DNA of 63,778 nt, filler included, from Trichomonas gallinae (GCA_008369845.1; 4 parts of 4 records of this genome joined end to end with filler, not necessarily neighbours in it); one strand, 5' to 3'; numbered from the whole stretch's first letter, positions 20,992 through 31,495 are shown. Notes: generated by a model from the letters alone, not told the origin. Numbers and translations are program-made.

Positions 20992-23826
20992 ATGCAAGAA
21001 CGACGTATACAGTTTCAATTAGACAGAGAACCTATTCCATGGCTTGTAGATGAGATGTGGAAGGTTGGTGACCTCGTTACTAATCTAACAAACAGACTAG
21101 AAATCAGAGATCCAATCACACTTTGCTTATATGGTTCTATTCTCGAAGAAGAGGCTATGCTTAGCGATGTTTCACTATTAACCGATATAATCCAAGTATG
21201 TGATGAATCGTTAAACCCTTTAGAAATTGAATTTCAAACTACAGAAAATCAACAACTCAATGACAATGAATTTATACTATACACTACATATACTAAACAA
21301 AGCATGATAAGAGGAAGCAAGATCGCGCTTGATTTTTATAGATGTCACGATTTCGAATCAACGAAGAGACTTTTGAAAGAAAAAATACGAGACACATTCG
21401 GAAGACAGGACCTTGACTTCGATATTATAATCAAACTCGCAGGAGGCTTGTTATACCAAAAAGGAACAATTCAAGAGTTTATGAAGGCTTTTGAGACTCC
21501 AAAGCACGTGATATATGTAGATATCATAGAAAAAAGTCCAACTGACAAACAATTAACCGTATTTATGAAAGAGAAAGTCGAAAAAATTTGGTTAATTGAT
21601 GATATGAATAAATTATGTTATTCACCGCTCAGCAACGCTTCAGATGATGAGTACAACAGAGCAGCAGCCGCTTTAGGTGTGCTTGCCAATACAAAATCGA
21701 ACTTTTTAGACAAATTATTGGCTTGGTGCGAAGTTAACGTTAATTATTCACCGCTTATTGTCGCTTTGTATGATTTACAGAGAAGATTCACTTTGCAGAG
21801 ACACCAACTCATAACTATTTGTTTTGCCTTCACAACAATCGTTAAAAGCATAACACACGATCAAAACATATGGCTGCATATAATAGAGCTGTTTAACTAC
21901 ATCGAATCATACAATATCAAGTACGTTGGCAGCTTTTGGACAACATTAAAACCATTTATCACAGGATCCAAAGCTATGAACTATTTACACAAGTATTTTG
22001 ACCCTAAGGAATTCGATTACGTGACAATCGCTAATATCGACTTTACTACCAGCAAAGTTATTAATAAAATAATTCAATTTCCAAATGAATCCAATTTACG
22101 GGACGCACAGCCTTCTACATTCGAAATAAGACAGCTGGGTGATCTCAATAATATATATGATGCATCAATATTTAGACGATCTGGAAAATTATTTATTTAT
22201 TTGCGTCCAACAACTGAATCAGTAAGCGAAACCATTGAAAACCAAGTTCAAATACTGAACCCATTCAATGGAGAGCTCGAAACATTCGATGCTGAAGCTT
22301 GTGCAAGAAATCAAAATCAAAATTCTGCGCAAAACAGTGGTAGTGTCACTCAAGTCAATATAGTATGCGTTGATACTTCAAAAACAATGACTCCATACAT
22401 AGAAGCAGCAAGAATAGTTTTGGAACAAATGTCAATAAGCGCTTTTAAGTACGGAATTCCTTCTTCCTGGGGTGTCTACACTTTTGATGACAGACCAAAC
22501 CTTGTTCTGCCAATTTCTGACCTCGCGTCAGTTTTTCATGATCAAGTTAACGTAAGTATCAATCAAAACTCGTCTTCCACTCATCTTTTTGATACTATTG
22601 AGACAGCAGCAGCTGCATTGATGAATTCTAATTACAGAAATGCAATTAAAAGAATTATCGCAATTACAGACGGAAAAGATACAGAATACGTCGAGGGAAG
22701 AATGAGTTCAAACCAAATAAATCAAAAACTCAAAGAAATAACAAACATTTTGCTTAATAATAACATTATTTTAGATATTATCTTCTTCAACAACGGAGAT
22801 GCCAGAGCTGCACATATGTGTGACTTTACAGGCGGAATGCCGTTCCTTTTTAACAAAAATTGCACAGCTTCAGATGCTTTAGAATTTTTCTCAGGAGATG
22901 GATTCTTTAATGCTTCAATTCGCAAATTTGAGAAGAGGAAAATACCAGAGAGCGAGCCATTTACACGTGAAAAAAGGATTTTAAACAGAAGAATTAAAAT
23001 TGATATTAAAGATTTAACAAATCAAAGCGTTGATCCACTTCTTACAGCTATAGACAAGATGGATAGACGTGTTAATAACGGAGAACGAATTGATTCAAGA
23101 TTAGGCGCAATTTTATTAAATCTCAAAGATATCGCGTGCATGCAAAGGAAATGCAAGTATATTGAGGTATTTACAAAAGAAGACGACTGTTCTCATTGGG
23201 CAGTTTTCATAAAAACAGATCCAGACGATATAAACTATAAGGGTAGATACCTGAAACTAATTGTTACTTTTCCACCTGCTTATCCAAGCCAGCCTCCAAG
23301 TATTAGGTTTGTCAATGTTCCTGACCATCAGAATATCAGCAAGGACGGATCCATGGTTATCAACTTGCTCAGGAGAGGCTACAGCTCAAAAACAACGATA
23401 TTTAATATATTAAAGAGAATCAGAACTTTAATAACACACCCCGAGTCCAGAAACATCTTAAGACCTAATGTTAGTACAGATTCCACTAAAGCACAATCTA
23501 TATCCAAAGAAACACTCGAAGAATTCCTTCAATCAGATGGTTTAACTCCAAATCCAACATCTTATAATGTTGATATCGGAGAGCAATTATCTATTAGTGA
23601 CGAATACATTGATCCTTTCATACAATCAAGAATTGAGAATCCTGTGAGAGGAAGCAATGGTCTGCTTTTCGAACTCAACAGTCTTACATTGTTTTTCCGG
23701 CCTGTAAACAACCAGTACGTCTTCACTGATCCTCGCACTGGGGAAGAAGTCTACATTCCGTATCCTCCTCAGCTTGACACTCCTGCAACGTTGAATATGG
23801 CTGAAGAGCTTGACTCTCCTATCTAA
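20992..23826 (+). CDS. Multidomain Ubl - vWA - UBC/UEV - U-box protein
   Basis: Ubiquitin-like N-terminus (LCLYGSILEEEAMLSDV); vWA (VCVDTSKTM, IIAITDGKD); E2 fold (FPPAYPSQPPSIRF, HQNISKDG); U-box-like C-terminus (DEYIDPF...NPV...DPRTGE). Confidence 0.85.
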   Translation: MQERRIQFQLDREPIPWLVDEMWKVGDLVTNLTNRLEIRDPITLCLYGSILEEEAMLSDVSLLTDIIQVCDESLNPLEIEFQTTENQQLNDNEFILYTTYTKQSMIRGSKIALDFYRCHDFESTKRLLKEKIRDTFGRQDLDFDIIIKLAGGLLYQKGTIQEFMKAFETPKHVIYVDIIEKSPTDKQLTVFMKEKVEKIWLIDDMNKLCYSPLSNASDDEYNRAAAALGVLANTKSNFLDKLLAWCEVNVNYSPLIVALYDLQRRFTLQRHQLITICFAFTTIVKSITHDQNIWLHIIELFNYIESYNIKYVGSFWTTLKPFITGSKAMNYLHKYFDPKEFDYVTIANIDFTTSKVINKIIQFPNESNLRDAQPSTFEIRQLGDLNNIYDASIFRRSGKLFIYLRPTTESVSETIENQVQILNPFNGELETFDAEACARNQNQNSAQNSGSVTQVNIVCVDTSKTMTPYIEAARIVLEQMSISAFKYGIPSSWGVYTFDDRPNLVLPISDLASVFHDQVNVSINQNSSSTHLFDTIETAAAALMNSNYRNAIKRIIAITDGKDTEYVEGRMSSNQINQKLKEITNILLNNNIILDIIFFNNGDARAAHMCDFTGGMPFLFNKNCTASDALEFFSGDGFFNASIRKFEKRKIPESEPFTREKRILNRRIKIDIKDLTNQSVDPLLTAIDKMDRRVNNGERIDSRLGAILLNLKDIACMQRKCKYIEVFTKEDDCSHWAVFIKTDPDDINYKGRYLKLIVTFPPAYPSQPPSIRFVNVPDHQNISKDGSMVINLLRRGYSSKTTIFNILKRIRTLITHPESRNILRPNVSTDSTKAQSISKETLEEFLQSDGLTPNPTSYNVDIGEQLSISDEYIDPFIQSRIENPVRGSNGLLFELNSLTLFFRPVNNQYVFTDPRTGEEVYIPYPPQLDTPATLNMAEELDSPI

Positions 23827-24493
23827 TATAATTAAACTATTTTTTTTTTTTTTTGATATTTATTAATTATATACTTTATTTTGTTGCTTTCTTAACTTAG
23901 CACTAAGTGAGTTAATGATGATATATTATTAATATGCATATTGCAGCATTGGGATAGATGCAATTTCTAACTTCAGTAAATTAATTCGTGATGATTTTAT
24001 TTAAAAAAAGGTACTTCGTCAAAAATGAACCAAATCTATGAAGCGAAGTTAAGTATAGCATGAGACTAAGTACTTATTTTATAATGAATTGATTTTAAAC
24101 TCGTGATGATTTATGATTAATTTTTTTGTGATTCATTATGATAAATGTGTCATATTGTTTTTATTATTCTCAAGTTATATATTGCTTATTATATTCGATG
24201 AGATTCTTTGTTAATTTTTAATCAAAAATCTCGAAAGCTTTTTTTTTACGATTCAACGCTTCTAATATTAGAAATGATAAGCATTGAATCATCAATCAAT
24301 CAATATCAATCAAAGAATTTTTTTTACAAAAAAGAATATTTTGAAAATGAAATTGATGTGAATGTGCGTAATAGTATTCCTTTAGGAACATGCGTACAAA
24401 CATAATATTTCTGGTAAATGAATTAATATATTATTATTTTGATTAATAAGCTTATATATGAAAATTAACATATGAAACAAATTCAAAATCGAT

Positions 24494-25108
24494 CTACTTC
24501 TGAGTCTCATTCTTGAGTGCTTTCTGTTTCGCTTTCAGTCTTTTCTTCAATCTAATTAATAACGGTTTCGGAACAGCAGACAGTGGGAACTCTTTTATTG
24601 GCGAATATGGCGTAACAGTTCGATATTTCTGCTTGAGAACGTGAACATAATTTGGTCCGAAGAAAGCTCCATCAATTTTGCTGTATAATGGATGGTCCAA
24701 CTCGTATACATCGCAGCAGCCTGGGCAGAAAAGCTTTAGCTTATCTTCGCCATAAATTTCCGAAGTACCGTAAGGTAATGTTGAATGTCCTTTACACAAA
24801 TACCTCGGGCAAGGCGGAAACATGCCTTTGCTAAAATGATCTTTAATATCATCGATACCATCGTATGTTAATAAATATCTAGCGTGAAGTAGACCATAAA
24901 GTAGGATAGATTGTCTTAATAAGTCTCTATCTTTCTCAACCCTCTCTGTATAACAGCCACGAACGACATTCATGGCTTCTTTATATCTATCGACATATTT
25001 ATTGAGTCCGTAATAGTTGAATGAGTCTGAAAGGAAATCGTCGGTTATATGAACAAGAATATTATATTGTTTCTGCGTGGTGATCCACTTCGCAAATGTA
25101 ATTGGCAT
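24494..25108 (-). CDS. Casein kinase II regulatory (beta) subunit
   Basis: DSFNYYGL, LYGLLHARYLLT, CPRYLC...CPGC zinc ribbon and IDGAFFG. Confidence 0.95.
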   Translation of the reverse strand: MPITFAKWITTQKQYNILVHITDDFLSDSFNYYGLNKYVDRYKEAMNVVRGCYTERVEKDRDLLRQSILLYGLLHARYLLTYDGIDDIKDHFSKGMFPPCPRYLCKGHSTLPYGTSEIYGEDKLKLFCPGCCDVYELDHPLYSKIDGAFFGPNYVHVLKQKYRTVTPYSPIKEFPLSAVPKPLLIRLKKRLKAKQKALKNETQK

Positions 25109-25338
25109 CGCCGATCAAAATAAAATGTCACTTTCGGAATTTGTTGTATTTTTTACATGTCAAAAGCATTCAATTTATGGCATTTCGCAATTTATTTGTC
25201 ACATATGTGACAAAATATTATTTTTACATGGCATTTCATCTTTTATTTGACGATTTGAATTTTACGTGACAAAATGTTAATTTTACACGACAAAACAATA
25301 ATCATAACATTTACAACATATCATTATAATTAAAACAT

Positions 25339-27075
25339 TTACAACATATCATTAATATCAGAGTAGTAAGTGTATTGGTACTTTCCTTCCGCTTGTTCTC
25401 TGTACTTGTCGAGGACATCTCCATAGTCATATTTCGTTCTCTCTTGGAAAGACAACGTGTTCTGCGTCATCTTCATACTCTGCGTGCTCATCAGAGAAAC
25501 ATGATGCGTGCTTTGGCTGTTGTTCGTCCTTTCTTCGTGTTTCTTCGAGTTCCAAAATCTTTCGTCGTTTGTCCATTTAGCATCCGACTTCTTTGGCTCT
25601 ATTTCTTCGATGTACCTATCATCTGAGAACCTCCTAGGCTTTATCGACTCCTTGAATAGCTTGATTGACACATCCTTGGGTTTGCTGTTCGGCGACTTTT
25701 TCTCTTCGATGATTTTCTTCATTCTCTTCGTCTCCAAGTCGCATTGTCTGTTGTAGAACTCGTCGAAGTCTCTCTTCGAGGTGCGTTTCTGCTTCTGCTT
25801 CGGCGGTTGTGGCTTTCTGTGCTGGTTCAGGCGCTCGCTCGCTGGCACAGCAATTGATCTGAGGAAGTTATTCGATGGGTTTGGCGGCATCTTGAAAAAT
25901 TTTGTTTCTTGAAATTCTTCTTCTTCCTGGTTCTTGTCTTCGACACCTGGCTTTGGATGCCTTTTGATGTATTTAATCTTGTAATTTGTCGGCTGTGGAG
26001 CAAGAAGGCGAGAAGCTTCTAAATCTTTATCTTCTTTCACGCGCTCTTCATCTTCTCTTATCCATTTATCAAGTATTTCTGTGCGGCGCCTTTCAATTAA
26101 ATCGCAATCTAAATCAGAAATTGTTTTATTTAAAGATTCGATTTGAGTATCAGCCAAATTCTTCTTTTTGAGCGTCGCAAACTCATTTGACTTGTAATCA
26201 TAAGGTTGCTCCGATGGTTGAGCAGATGATTTAGTGGAATGTACTGATGATTTGTCGGATTTTATTGATTTATGTGATTTATTTGATTTTGTAGAAGTAT
26301 GCGATAATGGTGATCGTGGAGAATGCTTGGATTGCGTAGATTGATGTGATTTATGGGATTTTGCTGAGTGTTTAGAATTAATTGATTTCGCAGTTTCGCT
26401 CTTGACTGAATTTACATCATATTCAACAAATCTCTGGCGATTTTTAGATGACTTGGGACTAGAATAATAAGAATCTCCGTAATAATAATCATCTGAATAA
26501 TGTAAATCGCTGCTTTGTATGTAATATGAGTTTGCGTCAGACTTCTTTGATTTAGGGGAGTTGTATGATGCAATTGAAGGAGCTTTTTTATTAACTGATG
26601 TTTGATTAATTTTAATATTTGCTTTTGTTGAAGAAAGAACTAGATTTTTCGTTGAATCTTCATTCATTGATTCTAGTTCTTCATTCTCACTGTAACCAGA
26701 GGCTGATTTTTGATTTCCGTTATCTTCTGTTAATTCGTCTGCAATTTGCACGAATCTCTTCGAACCGGTTGATTTTTTCGATAGTTCAGATAATTTGTCT
26801 GATTTTTGGGGATTTTTCGTCGATTTAGTTGAATTTCTGTAATTTAGTGAATGTAAGGAATCATTAAGATCATCATTAGATTCATATTCCTCAAAGGAGT
26901 AGTATTCTATTGTCTGATACTCATCATCTGTTTGATCTTTAATTGCATTTTGATCTAAAAACGTTATTCTGGTTGTTTCTTGGTTTAAATGGTTGAGAAG
27001 AATCTCATTCTCTTCTACATACTGCAAATATTCGCTGCGAATGTTCGTCCTGCTTTTTTTCGACGAACTTTTCAT
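25339..27075 (-). CDS. Hypothetical low-complexity S/K/E-rich protein
   Basis: 578-aa ORF with short SxK repeats; no family recognised. Confidence 0.7.
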   Translation of the reverse strand: MKSSSKKSRTNIRSEYLQYVEENEILLNHLNQETTRITFLDQNAIKDQTDDEYQTIEYYSFEEYESNDDLNDSLHSLNYRNSTKSTKNPQKSDKLSELSKKSTGSKRFVQIADELTEDNGNQKSASGYSENEELESMNEDSTKNLVLSSTKANIKINQTSVNKKAPSIASYNSPKSKKSDANSYYIQSSDLHYSDDYYYGDSYYSSPKSSKNRQRFVEYDVNSVKSETAKSINSKHSAKSHKSHQSTQSKHSPRSPLSHTSTKSNKSHKSIKSDKSSVHSTKSSAQPSEQPYDYKSNEFATLKKKNLADTQIESLNKTISDLDCDLIERRRTEILDKWIREDEERVKEDKDLEASRLLAPQPTNYKIKYIKRHPKPGVEDKNQEEEEFQETKFFKMPPNPSNNFLRSIAVPASERLNQHRKPQPPKQKQKRTSKRDFDEFYNRQCDLETKRMKKIIEEKKSPNSKPKDVSIKLFKESIKPRRFSDDRYIEEIEPKKSDAKWTNDERFWNSKKHEERTNNSQSTHHVSLMSTQSMKMTQNTLSFQERTKYDYGDVLDKYREQAEGKYQYTYYSDINDML

Positions 27076-27336
27076 TCTTTACAAATTTGTAACTCTGAAT
27101 ATATTTGACACTTTACAAATAATTAGCGTAATTTGATTTTTGACAATTTACAAATCGCTCAAAAAATCTGACTTTCAAGTAGTTATAATTGAATAAGTGC
27201 AAAAATCAAAACCATCATCTAGACCAAGTTTATGATGGTCTCAACTTGTAAGCAGCTTCCCACAGTACTTAAAAAAACACTCTATTTCATATACGAATCC
27301 CATTAAACAAGGGCTTTCATTTATCATTTTTTGACA

Positions 27337-27419
27337 AAGGTCGCGGGTTCAAGTCCCGATCTACTATGTGGCTCACTGTCGACGAGTCCCGAGGTGTTGT
27401 GGAGTGAGTTTCCGACCTT
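27337..27419 (+). ncRNA. Candidate structured RNA or tRNA-derived element
   Basis: GGTCGCGGG-TTCAAGT-CCCG T-arm/B-box. AAGGTCG (27337-27343) pairs with CGACCTT (27413-27419). Inner GCTCACT/AGTGAGT stem. Confidence 0.4.
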
Positions 27420-27582
27420 CAGTTAGACAGGTTTGCAATATATTAGACTGGATAATCATGTTACTGTTGACGTTTGACACATTACAAAAACGTCACTTTT
27501 CAATATCATAGGTTTTGTATTTTTAAATATTCGCTATGTAGAGATAATGTTCACATTCTTATATTTTGAAAATTAGAGTAAA

Positions 27583-28470
27583 ATGTCTTCGAATAAAGAT
27601 TTTTGTTCTCGCCTTGAATCAATCATATTCGTTGATCCAGGGAAACGCGGTATTTCGGAGTTCTGGACTCATGGGTCTTTGATACAGGCTGCTGAAAGCA
27701 TCTTGAAATGTGATCACACAAAGAAATCATACGTTTTAACAGGTTTCTGCTGCATGAACAAAAATTGTGAGACTGATGGACCAATAGGATCGTCTGTTTT
27801 ATGCAATACTCTAAGAAAGCTCGGTTTCGATAATCATTTACTTTGTGATCCATGCTCAAAGAATGTCGTTGAAGCTGCATCCCTTGGTCTCCCTGTAATT
27901 TGCGCTTCAAATGTCTCCGAAATCGATACAGACCTTTCATTTGCAGTTTCAATCGAACGTCCAGGCCGAACAATCAAAACCAATGACTATAGAACGATGA
28001 GGGCAAGAGATATAAGCGATGTAACTATGCCACTTGATTATTTGTTCCCTGTATTCAACGATCCTACACAAAAGAAACCATACTTAACTGTTTCGGTTGG
28101 CGATGGTGGAAATGAAGTAGGCACTGGCAATGTACGCGATATGGTCGCCAAATATGTTCCAATGGGCTCTGATATCAACACAGTTACAACATGCGACGTT
28201 CTCGTGCTGGCAGGTGTCTCAAACTGGGGTGGTATCGCCATTGCTGCTGCTCTTGCAATATGCAGCGAAAATGCTGAGATTGCAAAAGATTTCATCGAAT
28301 TCTGCGGAAGACAGCGTGAAATGCTTGATAAGATGCTAGAACAAGGTTCCTACGATGGAATTTCTGGAAAAGTCATCCCTGTTATCGATGGAATGCCATT
28401 CGAAGAGAAACACACGGAAATCAACAACAGTATCATTGCAGTAGTTAAAGAGAAGTATCCTTCTCTTTAA
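27583..28470 (+). CDS. DUF4392 / D-glutamate cyclase-like C-terminal domain protein
   Basis: LTGF...ETDGPIG, SIERPGR, VGDGGNEVGTG and AGVSNWGG family motifs. Confidence 0.88.
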   Translation: MSSNKDFCSRLESIIFVDPGKRGISEFWTHGSLIQAAESILKCDHTKKSYVLTGFCCMNKNCETDGPIGSSVLCNTLRKLGFDNHLLCDPCSKNVVEAASLGLPVICASNVSEIDTDLSFAVSIERPGRTIKTNDYRTMRARDISDVTMPLDYLFPVFNDPTQKKPYLTVSVGDGGNEVGTGNVRDMVAKYVPMGSDINTVTTCDVLVLAGVSNWGGIAIAAALAICSENAEIAKDFIEFCGRQREMLDKMLEQGSYDGISGKVIPVIDGMPFEEKHTEINNSIIAVVKEKYPSL

Positions 28471-28513
28471 ATCAACTAATTTAGTTTAAATATTTTTCAC
28501 ATAAAATATTTTT

Positions 28514-28987
28514 TTATTTAGAACATGGTTTAATTAATTGAGTTATCGATTGCAATTCATTATTTTGATAGCTACTCCACTTCTCTCTTTTTGATCGTCT
28601 TTCTTGCTTAGAATCATTATATTTTATTCCATGATAACTAATTAATGCTGTGTTCCATCTATTTTTAATATTGTTACCACTTCTTCCAGGTAGATAATTA
28701 GCAATTTTGACCCAATGAGGGCCTATTTGCTGATATAATTCAACTATTTTTTTATCTTCATCTGAAGTCCATGGTTTGTTAACGACCTCTTTAAATAAGT
28801 ATTGATTATATCTGTCTCTACATTGACATGCCGTCCTACCTGGTAAAAATGAAGCAATTTCCTTCCAAGATCGATTTTTCTTGTTTCTCACCAATTCTCT
28901 GAGCAGATTGTCTTCTTCTTCAGTGAATCTTATTCTTTTGACTGTCGAAATACGAACTATTCCTTCGTCACCCATCAAATTGATCAT
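28514..28987 (-). CDS. R2R3 Myb-like DNA-binding protein
   Basis: Two Myb repeats: FTEEED...W...LPGRTACQCRDRY and WTSDED...W...LPGRSGNNIKNRW. TCATT Inr lies just upstream of the ATG at 28987. Confidence 0.95.
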   Translation of the reverse strand: MINLMGDEGIVRISTVKRIRFTEEEDNLLRELVRNKKNRSWKEIASFLPGRTACQCRDRYNQYLFKEVVNKPWTSDEDKKIVELYQQIGPHWVKIANYLPGRSGNNIKNRWNTALISYHGIKYNDSKQERRSKREKWSSYQNNELQSITQLIKPCSK

Positions 28988-29443
28988 TTTCAATGACCTC
29001 TCAAAGTTTTTCGATAATTTTGGAATGAACCACTCTTACATAACTATAAATCGCATAAATCCATTTACCTTATATAGGAGAACAGTTACCATTTTGTCGG
29101 CATCAAAACCTTACTAAAAAATTAGATCAAATTTCTAAATCGTGTAATTTCCAAGAATTCTGCATTTTTTGTGTGCTGAAAAATTATCATAGATAATATA
29201 AAGCATTTTCAGTAAGTAAAACTATATCTTTCTCGTGAACTTTATAATTGATATTTTTTCCAAATCAAAATCAAGCCACAAGGTTATACTATATTAAAAA
29301 GGCACATGAATTACAAAATGTTCCGTTGGTTTTTGGTCCAAAAAATTGGAATTCGATTTCAAGAATATATGATATAATATTTAAATGGATACAAACATTA
29401 GTAAAGTTAAAAGATTTTTCAATATGAAACCCAAATACAAGAA

Positions 29444-30253
29444 TCAGAGAATTGGTGTTTTCATAATATCTTGTTCAGTCGAGTTTTCTGTTAATACATT
29501 GTTTAAAACATCATCAGGGAGCTTAGGAGTTTCTCTGAATATCTTATTTGAAGCGTATTGCCATATCATAAATGAATATAGGAATCCAATGAACAAACCA
29601 GCAATAACATCATCTGTGTGATGCTTATGATCAATTATTCTAGTACAACCACACCATATACCAAAAATAACAAATAATACAGAAATAAATGTAGAGATAA
29701 GATTCCTTGTCATCGGAAGCTCTTGTATAAATAAAGCTATAAAGAAGAAACCTACCATTGCTGTCTGAGAATGACCAGAAGGCCAACTTCTAAATTGATC
29801 ATAGAATTGGTTCTTTGTTAGAGCTGGACACGATTCAGGTTTAGTTGTTACATTGAAACCGCATATGTCATACAAATCAGGACGAGCCCTTCCGACATAA
29901 TTTTTAAATATTGAAATGCAAACTCCAGAGAATGCTTGAGCAGCAATAAAGATGATAAGGAACGTGATAGGTCGGAATTCTCTGAATAATTTTGGTAACT
30001 TTTTCCTCAAGATAATCGCGACTAAAAGAACCATTGCAATTGCCATTATGATCACTCCACCCATCAATACTGTTGGCAAAACATTATGTTTATCACGGGG
30101 ATAGCTTGAATTTGAGTCGTTTTCTGGTACAAACAAGAATGAAGGCTTGACAAAGTACAATGCACCGTTTATTAGCAGCATAACAACAGCAAATCCAAGA
30201 TTGATCCAATCAAATGCATCAATGTTCTGTCTAAACCAACGAAGAATTTCCAT
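29444..30253 (-). CDS. PAP2-superfamily lipid phosphate phosphatase
   Basis: C1 KNYVGRARP, C2 PSGH and C3 RIIDHKHHTDD motifs; about 6 TM segments. Confidence 0.93.
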   Translation of the reverse strand: MEILRWFRQNIDAFDWINLGFAVVMLLINGALYFVKPSFLFVPENDSNSSYPRDKHNVLPTVLMGGVIIMAIAMVLLVAIILRKKLPKLFREFRPITFLIIFIAAQAFSGVCISIFKNYVGRARPDLYDICGFNVTTKPESCPALTKNQFYDQFRSWPSGHSQTAMVGFFFIALFIQELPMTRNLISTFISVLFVIFGIWCGCTRIIDHKHHTDDVIAGLFIGFLYSFMIWQYASNKIFRETPKLPDDVLNNVLTENSTEQDIMKTPIL

Positions 30254-30499
30254 AATAATTGTTCAAAAAAAGGGGGATATTCATTATAAAACTGGGGGAA
30301 TTGTCTCAAATTTTTTGACTAATTATCATTGACATGTAAACTATTTACATGACAAATAAACTTTTCAGTTATGTTCAAAGAAACTCTTTCATATTATAAA
30401 TATATTCTTGAGCATTCAATTTTGAATTGAAACGGTTATAATTATATCATGAAAAAAAGATGTTTAAAATGATTCAAAATTGAAGGCGCAAGAATAAAA

Positions 30500-30543
30500 A
30501 TATACAGCCACTTTTTGAGCGAAGCTCAAAAAGTGGCGTATAT
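30500..30543. repeat. Perfect palindrome/hairpin at contig end
   Basis: GCCACTTTTTGAGC-GAA-GCTCAAAAAGTGGC (14-bp perfect stem), extended by ATATAC/GTATAT across one bulge. Confidence 0.85.
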
Positions 30544-30643
30544 NNNNNNNNNNNNNNNNNNNNNNNNNNNNNNNNNNNNNNNNNNNNTTAATTAATTAAN
30601 NNNNNNNNNNNNNNNNNNNNNNNNNNNNNNNNNNNNNNNNNNN
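30544..30643. other. Assembly gap with artificial linker
   Basis: N-run containing TTAATTAATTAA. Confidence 0.98.
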
Positions 30644-31111
30644 CCAGAGACAAAGGCTGAGAAGAAGCTCCGCAACAAGGAGGATGCTGAGAAGGCCAAG
30701 AAGGATCTTAAGGTTGCTGGCTCCGGCAACAAGAAGGCTCTCGTCCAGGGTGTTAAGAATGTTACAGCTGCCATTGAATCCAAGAAGGCTCAGCTCGTTA
30801 TCATCGCCCACGATGTCGACCCAATCGAGCTCGTCATCTGGATGCCAGCTCTCTGCCGCAACCTCGAAATCCCATACTGCATCGTCAAGAGCAAGTCCCG
30901 CCTCGGCCAGATCGTCGGCATGAAGACATGCTCCTGCGTTGCCCTCTCCGAAGTCAAGCCAGAAGACCGCGCCGCCTTCTCCAAGATTGTCGACACAGTC
31001 AACTCCGGCTTCCTTGCTCACTACAAGGAGGAGATGCACCAGTGGGGTGGTGGTGAGCTCTCTGAGAAGACAATCGCTAAGCTCCGTGCTCAGGGCAAAC
31101 TCCACGAATAA
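30644..31111 (+). CDS. RPL7A: 60S ribosomal protein L7a (eL8), 5' part lost in the gap
   Basis: Frame is open from the gap edge: PETKAEKK...KKAQLVIIAHDVDPIELVIWMPALCR...IVKSKSRLG...WGGG. Strong highly-expressed codon bias. Confidence 0.95.
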   Translation, partial: PETKAEKKLRNKEDAEKAKKDLKVAGSGNKKALVQGVKNVTAAIESKKAQLVIIAHDVDPIELVIWMPALCRNLEIPYCIVKSKSRLGQIVGMKTCSCVALSEVKPEDRAAFSKIVDTVNSGFLAHYKEEMHQWGGGELSEKTIAKLRAQGKLHE

Positions 31112-31495
31112 ATCTTAAATTTTTAAGGACCAACTCCATCATATTTATACTAAACTTACAAATTACAATAACTTTCTTATTATGTTTTTCATTTTAAATA
31201 ATTATATTTAAAAAGATATCAATAATTTGAAATTTTGTCGTTTTTGAGCATATAATATCATTTATATCTATTTTAAATGGATTTGGATTTTTTAGTTTAG
31301 TAAAATTAGTAAAAAATCACTAGAAAATCCTAAATTATTAGAAACATTTTAAATTTTTTCATCAAAACGAAGAAAAAGCTTTCATTGATTTGTCGAATTT
31401 AATTGGTTATTTGTAAATAGCTAGGATATATTCATGCTAAAACAACATTTTATTTAAACAATCTATAAAAAATACAGATATATTACAGTATATGC

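Noticed and set aside
27337..27368. Canonical or permuted tRNA gene
   Set aside because: No D-arm, anticodon arm or complementary 5' acceptor strand found nearby on either side; kept only as a tRNA-like element.
30596..31105. Antisense 169-aa ORF over RPL7a
   Set aside because: Shadow ORF caused by strong C-ending codon bias, and it runs into the N-gap.
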